Positions 23,101 to 27,314 of a stretch of DNA of 27,314 nt are shown piece after piece (position 1 is the stretch's first letter; each line of letters starts with the position of its first letter). The translations under genes and the position numbers were made by a program. The notes below the pieces were generated by a model that did no database searches, had not been told where the DNA came from, and saw only the letters and a list, made by a program, of their open reading frames with translations. Source of the DNA: Neoechinorhynchus agilis (taxonomy: Eukaryota > Animalia > Acanthocephala); contig JBMGUZ010000036.1 of assembly GCA_051530055.1 (NCBI GenBank), positions 1 to 27,314 of the forward strand, read 5' to 3'.

Positions 23101-23231
23101 TTTACGAAGATGCTTTACAAACCAAACCCTGCGAAATGAAGAAAAAAGAAGGAAGTCCGGTCGATAGAAAATTGAAATTCTTGGTGTTGTCTCTCAATGA
23201 CCGTTTAAGTGGAAAACTGTACTTTTGCTAA
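20172..23231 (+). CDS. Argonaute protein (AGO-clade-like, divergent), 1019 aa, intronless, intact DEDH tetrad
   Basis: RG-rich N-terminus. PAZ: KKVTVAQYFKKQY, VPIELVYL. MID pocket: YQGVK, VTQF, CHKLCAKLGGIN. PIWI: FIGLDVTH, VEIV, YRDGVSDGQ, SHAGIQGTSRPTRY, SVSIPAPCYYAHHVAFRAR. C-terminus KLYFC. Confidence 0.98.
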   Translation: MDNRRGYSSGRRGERYQRRGGGYSNRRQQSGRFQSGPDRGGHRGRGEDQGYHHRGGPEGFRGRGDNRGRFHGGVGSGPRRQQFGSSMASGNEIFRFTEGIAKQVILNHTFKQPDFESFDICQLGTDRQSPASISTAVRKMDIKKPIKVMINYYPFIKLGGFFVSQYDVIIEDASTRTVANDPNNFNKLSPLRQRMLVQKALLKISEHQNPDFRYRVIYDGGRIVYALNGCLNGEDKRSVFMQNRYRVVFEKTADIDMKSDTQMVKNADRKIALLRPQLAVIDTITKTALSCLLESFGRSFFPINEPPVHRLDPLMGLFKGIFASAVVAFDALALNVDVANAVLAPEISLLEYFRIKGYSDADVMCDSTNSRTLERMSDLVFKERKKVVIKYNAEGTHKRFGTFHSLNIKSPYQYEFSLDKDDNESKKVTVAQYFKKQYNYDCSRQYVSVATGGDGHAIVPIELVYLASRKVPNEELRNYMADVIKKTALPPCQRMNEINSKNEYFRSKMSENSDCGKYLRAWNIEVSDRMAVVKAGILPIPQLFHQNGQISYPRATGSWYGGQNFSYFPGTLTTNEVTWSYYIFPGDRFINDDTVQRFLYSLTDMARKCGIRLAQNGHCHQWPLAEFNVEFPRYILSGHATKLTFFFSRQNSMQYQGVKAAAELVGGVVTQFITDKALNKRDRSGGPDGQVIANICHKLCAKLGGINLSLNRAPASTTFSPNTGNYGRTMFIGLDVTHHALKSKGLTSRVSIAAVVASVDFVPHSYITEISLQKNPRYSRESVEIVYNMQTIMRRILVKYRERNNCLPDRIIVYRDGVSDGQLGLVNRFEVNGIIEACRKEGMQNNVFLSVIVVQKRHHLRMFPVDRNDADRNGNPLPGTVYAQEICMDSKIDAFLVSHAGIQGTSRPTRYRLIYDSIGFSENDLMQLTFNLCHLYAKCFRSVSIPAPCYYAHHVAFRARHYVEFAQICDQRIWDYLYEDALQTKPCEMKKKEGSPVDRKLKFLVLSLNDRLSGKLYFC

Positions 23232-23555
23232 TGAGCAAAATGGTGCCAAAGTTGTGTTACGGATGAACAACATAAGTTAAAAAAATAGTTCAGCAAAAGA
23301 GATATTGAGGCGAGAAAAAATGAACAGTACACCGATTAAACAAACTTAATTTGAAACTTGCTTTTAAATTTCACAGTTCATGGTAAGGATTAATGTTCAC
23401 CTTTAGAGCAAATTTTGCACTGCAACTTGTTGAGGAAAGACTCGGTAAATTGTCTTCTTACCCTACTTTTAAAGTCAGTATTCTCTTTTGAACCTTGAAT
23501 TGGTATACAGGCAATCCATAGTTCACATGTCCGAATTTTTGCAATACAGAACTTT

Positions 23556-23871
23556 ATAGTATAGAGAAAGTAAAGCAGACATTTTGTGCATAGATACTTT
23601 AGTTGTGTAGATATTCATTTAGGAATTAATTATGATGGTGAACTGAAGGAAAAAAAATTATATATTAATCAGAATTTTCGACCAATGCGTTGGTCTTCTT
23701 CAGTGATTGTAAAATAGTATAGAGAAAGTAAAGCAGACATTTTGTGCATAGATACTTTAGTTGTGTAGATATTCATTTAGGAATTAATTATGATGGTGAA
23801 CTGAAGGAAAAAAAATTATATATTAGTCAGAATTTTCGACCAATGCGTTGGTCTTCTTCAGTGATTGTAAA
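23556..23871 (+). repeat. Direct tandem duplication of 158 bp
   Basis: ATAGTATAGAGAAAGTAAAGCAGAC...CAGTGATTGTAAA starts at 23556 and at 23714. The copies are near-identical. Confidence 0.95.
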
Positions 23872-24618
23872 TTAATCGCCTAGTTGTGAACCTGAGTGTG
23901 TCTCGCGATCTCGACCGCGTTTTGATTTCGAAAGGAATGCATTCGCAGTACCGAGAGCTGATGATCACACAGAGAGAAAATTGTTGATGTTGCGATAGGG
24001 CATAGAAAACTTGACGGATCGTTATATGGATTACCGCTCGAAACCGAATCTTCCGTTGAGTGAACGACGAGCACTGAGGTCTCTGAAAGAGAAAGTGCAA
24101 AAGAAGGAGATGAGGATAACAGTGAGCGATAATGCAGGTGATCTCGTGGCGATGGAAAGCAGCGTGGAAAGTGCGATGATGGGGACGTTATTGGGTCACA
24201 CTGATACATATACAATGGCGACAAAAGACGAATGTGAGCAACAGCGCAAGGAGTTGAATGCTGCTCTTCGAAAAGTGATATCGGCTCGAGAGTTGAAAGG
24301 GATGAGCAGTTTCACACACGGTCCATTACGTACGCCGGTGATGTACGGATTGGTCAAGACACACAAGATGCCTATTGGTCCGATTACACCGCAAGCAGCC
24401 TCATTGCTGAAATGCAGACCAATCATATCTGCGGTTAATGGACCAGCGTACCGTGTTTCTCGTTTCCTGGCTTCGGCTATCGGTCCATTGCTACGGAGGA
24501 CACGGGCATGTGATTGTAAATTAATCTAATCGAACAATCACTGAAGAAGACCAACGCATTGGTCGAAAATTCTGATTAATATATAATTTTTTTTCCTTCG
24601 GTTCACCATCATAATTAA
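23784..24618. repeat. 85-bp inverted repeat (23784-23868 and 24534-24618), fold-back or MITE-like
   Basis: TTAATTATGATGGTGAA...CTTCAGTGATTGT versus ACAATCACTGAAG...TTCACCATCATAATTAA, with 1-2 mismatches. Confidence 0.92.
23878..24509 (+). mobile_element. Internal fragment of a Penelope-like element (N-terminal part of RT), flanked by a 17-bp direct repeat
   Basis: VVNLS...LISKG, PNLPLSERRALRSL, ITVSDNAG, PVMYGLVKTHK, CRPIISAVNGPAYRVSRFLA. GTGATTGTAAATTAATC occurs at 23861-23877 and 24510-24526. Confidence 0.88.
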
Positions 24619-25568
24619 GATACATTTGTGATGTTGGACTACGAAAACCATGCTTATAAACTATATATAAAGTGAAATTCCTGCTCTAGTTTCTCACGAC
24701 CAAAAAAGCTCTGTCATAGCTTCTCGCTCATTGATTTTTACCTTTAGTATAAGTATTTTTTAAATTTCGTTGAGAATAACTTTCGGTGCGAATTTAACTT
24801 CTTTTTCGGGTGACTATCGCTCCGAGAAAAATTAACATTTATTCCATTAATATTTCGAGACCTCAGTCCCCTCATCAGAATGTAGTTTTTTTTCACAATA
24901 AATGTCAATAAGATTCCATTTACACCGAATTGTAATGTTGTCTAGTATACGAATCACAGCGATTAAATCCCTATTTTTAGAAGAAAAGAGAGAGAAATTT
25001 AAGCTTCCCATAGACATGGATTTATTTCTTGTTATCGCTGGAGACCTTACAGGAAAAGATCGGACGGAACATCAACAGTTCCGTGGGAAACTGTCTCCTT
25101 GGGACTTCGCCTTCCCAAATACGATTGCGGAGAGCAACTTGTCCCTTTTACAGTTCTAAGAACCGGTGAAGTGACGAAAAGGGCACACAAAAAAGAAGTA
25201 TAAACGCCTCAAGCAGTCACTTTAATTTTTGAAAAACCTCGCGTTGCTGAGAAACTTGGTGCCGTCGGACCAAACATCGCTGAATTTTTAACCTTGGAAA
25301 CTGATTGGTCGCAGTAACGCCAACTTTTTTATCAGAGAATCAGCGATTCAGAACAAGAATTGCTGGGTAATGGAGCAGAAAGATGTTCCTTCATTTCCAT
25401 GTGAACTTTGAGCGCTTAGGTATTTGAAAGAATAGATCGCACGTCCGAATTTTATTGTATTTTCATTTAAAAAGGAGAAAAAATCGTTTTGGGATCGATC
25501 TACTGCTTCATTGGTCAGGAATCAAAAAATATATTTACTTTTTAAGGGAATTCTGCGTCCTCGAGGCA

Positions 25569-26261
25569 ATGGAGGCGATAAAGATGTTTCTTTATAAAAA
25601 TTACACAGGTGAATACTGGTGATATAATTCGGGATTTGAACAAATAAAATGTAAAATATGTTTTCTATTTGTTGGGATTTTATGATTTCTGGTCATGAAT
25701 AAAGTGAAACCTGATCCGCGTTTTTGAACACTTAATTTCAGACACACAAACATTGCGGCAAAAAATTAAAATGTTCGATAAAATAGTAGCAGTAATGAGT
25801 GGCAAAGGTGGAGTCGGTAAATCTACAATATCTGTTGGATTATCTCTAGCCTTATCGCACTCAGGATATCGTATTGGTCTTCTAGACGCTGATGTATATG
25901 GATGTTCAATTCCTCGGCTCCTTTCAGTGTCTCAAAAGGACTTAATCGAAACAATTCAAGTTAACTCTCTCCCCGTAGCACTAGTTAAGAACACAAACAT
26001 TCAATGTGCATCCTTAAGGCTTTTATCGTCAAAAGACAGCCCTTTGGCATGGCGTGGTTTGATAAATAAACGACTTGAATTTAACACTTGTTCTTGTGCG
26101 GCTGCATATGGAGTTGCAACCAACAAGAGATCGGTAATTGAAAGACGTTCTTTAAGTGTTAAAATCACATCACCTGTTCCTGGGGGACAGTCCACCACCA
26201 AGTAGTCCAGTGGTCGTTGCCATTCAGATTGAAATATCAATTGATTCAGTGCTTTTGTTGC
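25569..26261 (+). pseudogene. NUBPL: Rearranged and truncated NUBPL/Ind1 (Mrp/NBP35-family Fe-S scaffold ATPase)
   Basis: Probable exon 1 at 25569-25608 and a GT-AG intron at 25609-25741 (CAG|GTGAAT...TTTCAG). Then VAVMSGKGGVGKST, GLLDADVYGCSIP, AWRGLI to 26064. The continuation (ATKALNQL...LDYLVVDCPPGTGD...VATP) is on the minus strand at 26261-26065. The C-terminal part is absent. Confidence 0.88.
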
Positions 26262-26311
26262 TATCAAACCACGCCATGCCAAAGGGCTGTCTTTTGACGA
26301 TAAAAGCCTTA
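26015..26311. repeat. Perfect 50-bp inverted repeat of NUBPL coding sequence (26015-26064 and 26262-26311)
   Basis: TAAGGCTTTTATCGTCAAAAGACAGCCCTTTGGCATGGCGTGGTTTGATA and its exact reverse complement. Confidence 0.96.
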
Positions 26312-26941
26312 TTCAAAACTTCCGCTACTACATGGGTGCTTCGACCGGAGTATTTGTAGCGTCTCGCTGTCTCCTTTTGCGAAACTGTCGGAGGATGACA
26401 ATAACCGAACAGCCCCCCGAACATCTCCGTCCACAAGCTTCGAAGAAACACGTTCAGTCAGTGATAGCTTTGAAAAACGGCAGCGAAACTCTTCCTTCGT
26501 GCGTCCCTTACGAACCTCGCGGAGATTCCTTTCAAAATCGTTAAATATTTGTTCAAAGGAGGCTAACCTTTCCTTGATTGTTGATGTCAAAGACACCCCA
26601 GAATCACCGCTGGTGCAGAGGACTAAGCGCGGGAAAGCGAAGAGCCGTGTCCATGATGGCGCACAGTTCGTTTGAAGGCAATCGTTGACCAATCCCGTAA
26701 ATGCTTTTGCGACCTGATATCGTACGCCCTTTGGGATCCGTTTCAGGACGTTTCTGGGCAGAACCCGCACGATATCAGGTATCGAAATAGAGTCCGTGGT
26801 GATCTGAGGGGTCTCATGCACGAAAGGTTCGGTTAATTGTGGTGGAGAACCAGACCCACTACAGCGGAGATCGAGGGGACTATGGGCAAACAAAACCCCC
26901 AGATTAATTAATTTAAAAGACTTACCGCAAACCGGACACAA
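26312..26941 (-). mobile_element. Fragment of a CRE-like (RLE-type) non-LTR retrotransposon, truncated before the RT core
   Basis: CPVCGKSF...HSPLDLRCSGS, VLKRIPKGVRYQVAKAF...WTRLFAFPRLVL, KLVDGDVRGAVRLLSS, ETLQILRSKHP. These motifs precede the RT in animal CRE elements, as recalled rather than searched. Confidence 0.75.
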
Positions 26942-27267
26942 ACCAGTAGAGACGCGTGGGAGCCCGGCAGCGTTGGTCTTCTCAGGTTTGGCACGTTCAA
27001 ATTATCTGCGTCAGCAGCGTCGATTGTAGGCGATTTGAACACATTGTGACGTAATTTGGAATTTCGACAAAACCTATCCGATGCTGAGATCGTCCTGAGC
27101 CTTCTTGGAGGTATAGGGCTGGGAGGAGAATCTGATCCGTCGCAATATCCATCGTCTGATTTCCTCATATTCGTTTTTGGTTGTTTGCAAATGTTTACGA
27201 AGTTTGGCAATCCACTAAGTAGATCCTTCATCAAAAATCTCTCATCGATTACTTGATCGTTACTCAT
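26908..27267 (-). other. Unassigned 119-aa ORF: either the frameshifted 5' part of the CRE element or the first exon of a host gene
   Basis: ATG-started ORF with a phase-0 GCG|GTAAGT donor-like site near 26922, but it overlaps the CRE CPVC motif in another frame. No recognisable domain. Confidence 0.25.
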
Positions 27268-27314
27268 AATGTATGAAATGAGTGAAATTTCATTGTTTGC
27301 AAGTGTTTACGGCT

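Noticed and set aside
7248-23167. Numerous antisense or overlapping ORFs over Gypsy, FET, RTE and Argonaute
   Set aside because: These are shadows of real coding sequence on the other strand or frame.
20172-23231. Prokaryotic Argonaute defence operon
   Set aside because: This is a full-length eukaryotic AGO with an RG tail, and its neighbours are spliceosomal-intron genes and eukaryotic retroelements.
9179-23231. Functional clustering of FET and Argonaute genes (both RG-rich RNA-silencing-related proteins)
   Set aside because: They are 10 kb apart with unrelated genes between them, and there is no evidence beyond proximity.
24620-25560. 85-aa ORF at 24902-25159 and neighbouring frames
   Set aside because: No recognisable homology or gene structure.

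Overview
Eukaryotic genomic DNA, probably from a compact, intron-poor invertebrate genome. Positions 1-7130 are about 33 copies of a 215-bp AT-rich satellite. The same satellite recurs in the opposite orientation at about 19053-20147 and ends 24 nt before an intronless, catalytically intact (DEDH) Argonaute with an RG-rich N-terminus (20172-23231). Other host genes are a FET/FUS-like RNA-binding protein lacking the zinc finger (-), an orphan secreted protein with two internal repeats (-), a UMP-CMP kinase interrupted by a 45-nt segment with no GT donor (+), and a NUBPL/Ind1 gene broken by a fold-back inversion. Between them lie truncated remains of five retroelement groups (Ty3/Gypsy, an APE-type I/Jockey-like LINE, RTE, Penelope-like, CRE), two of them enclosed by inverted repeats. 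All assignments come from motif recognition by eye; no searches were run. Some rearrangements could be amplification or assembly artefacts.
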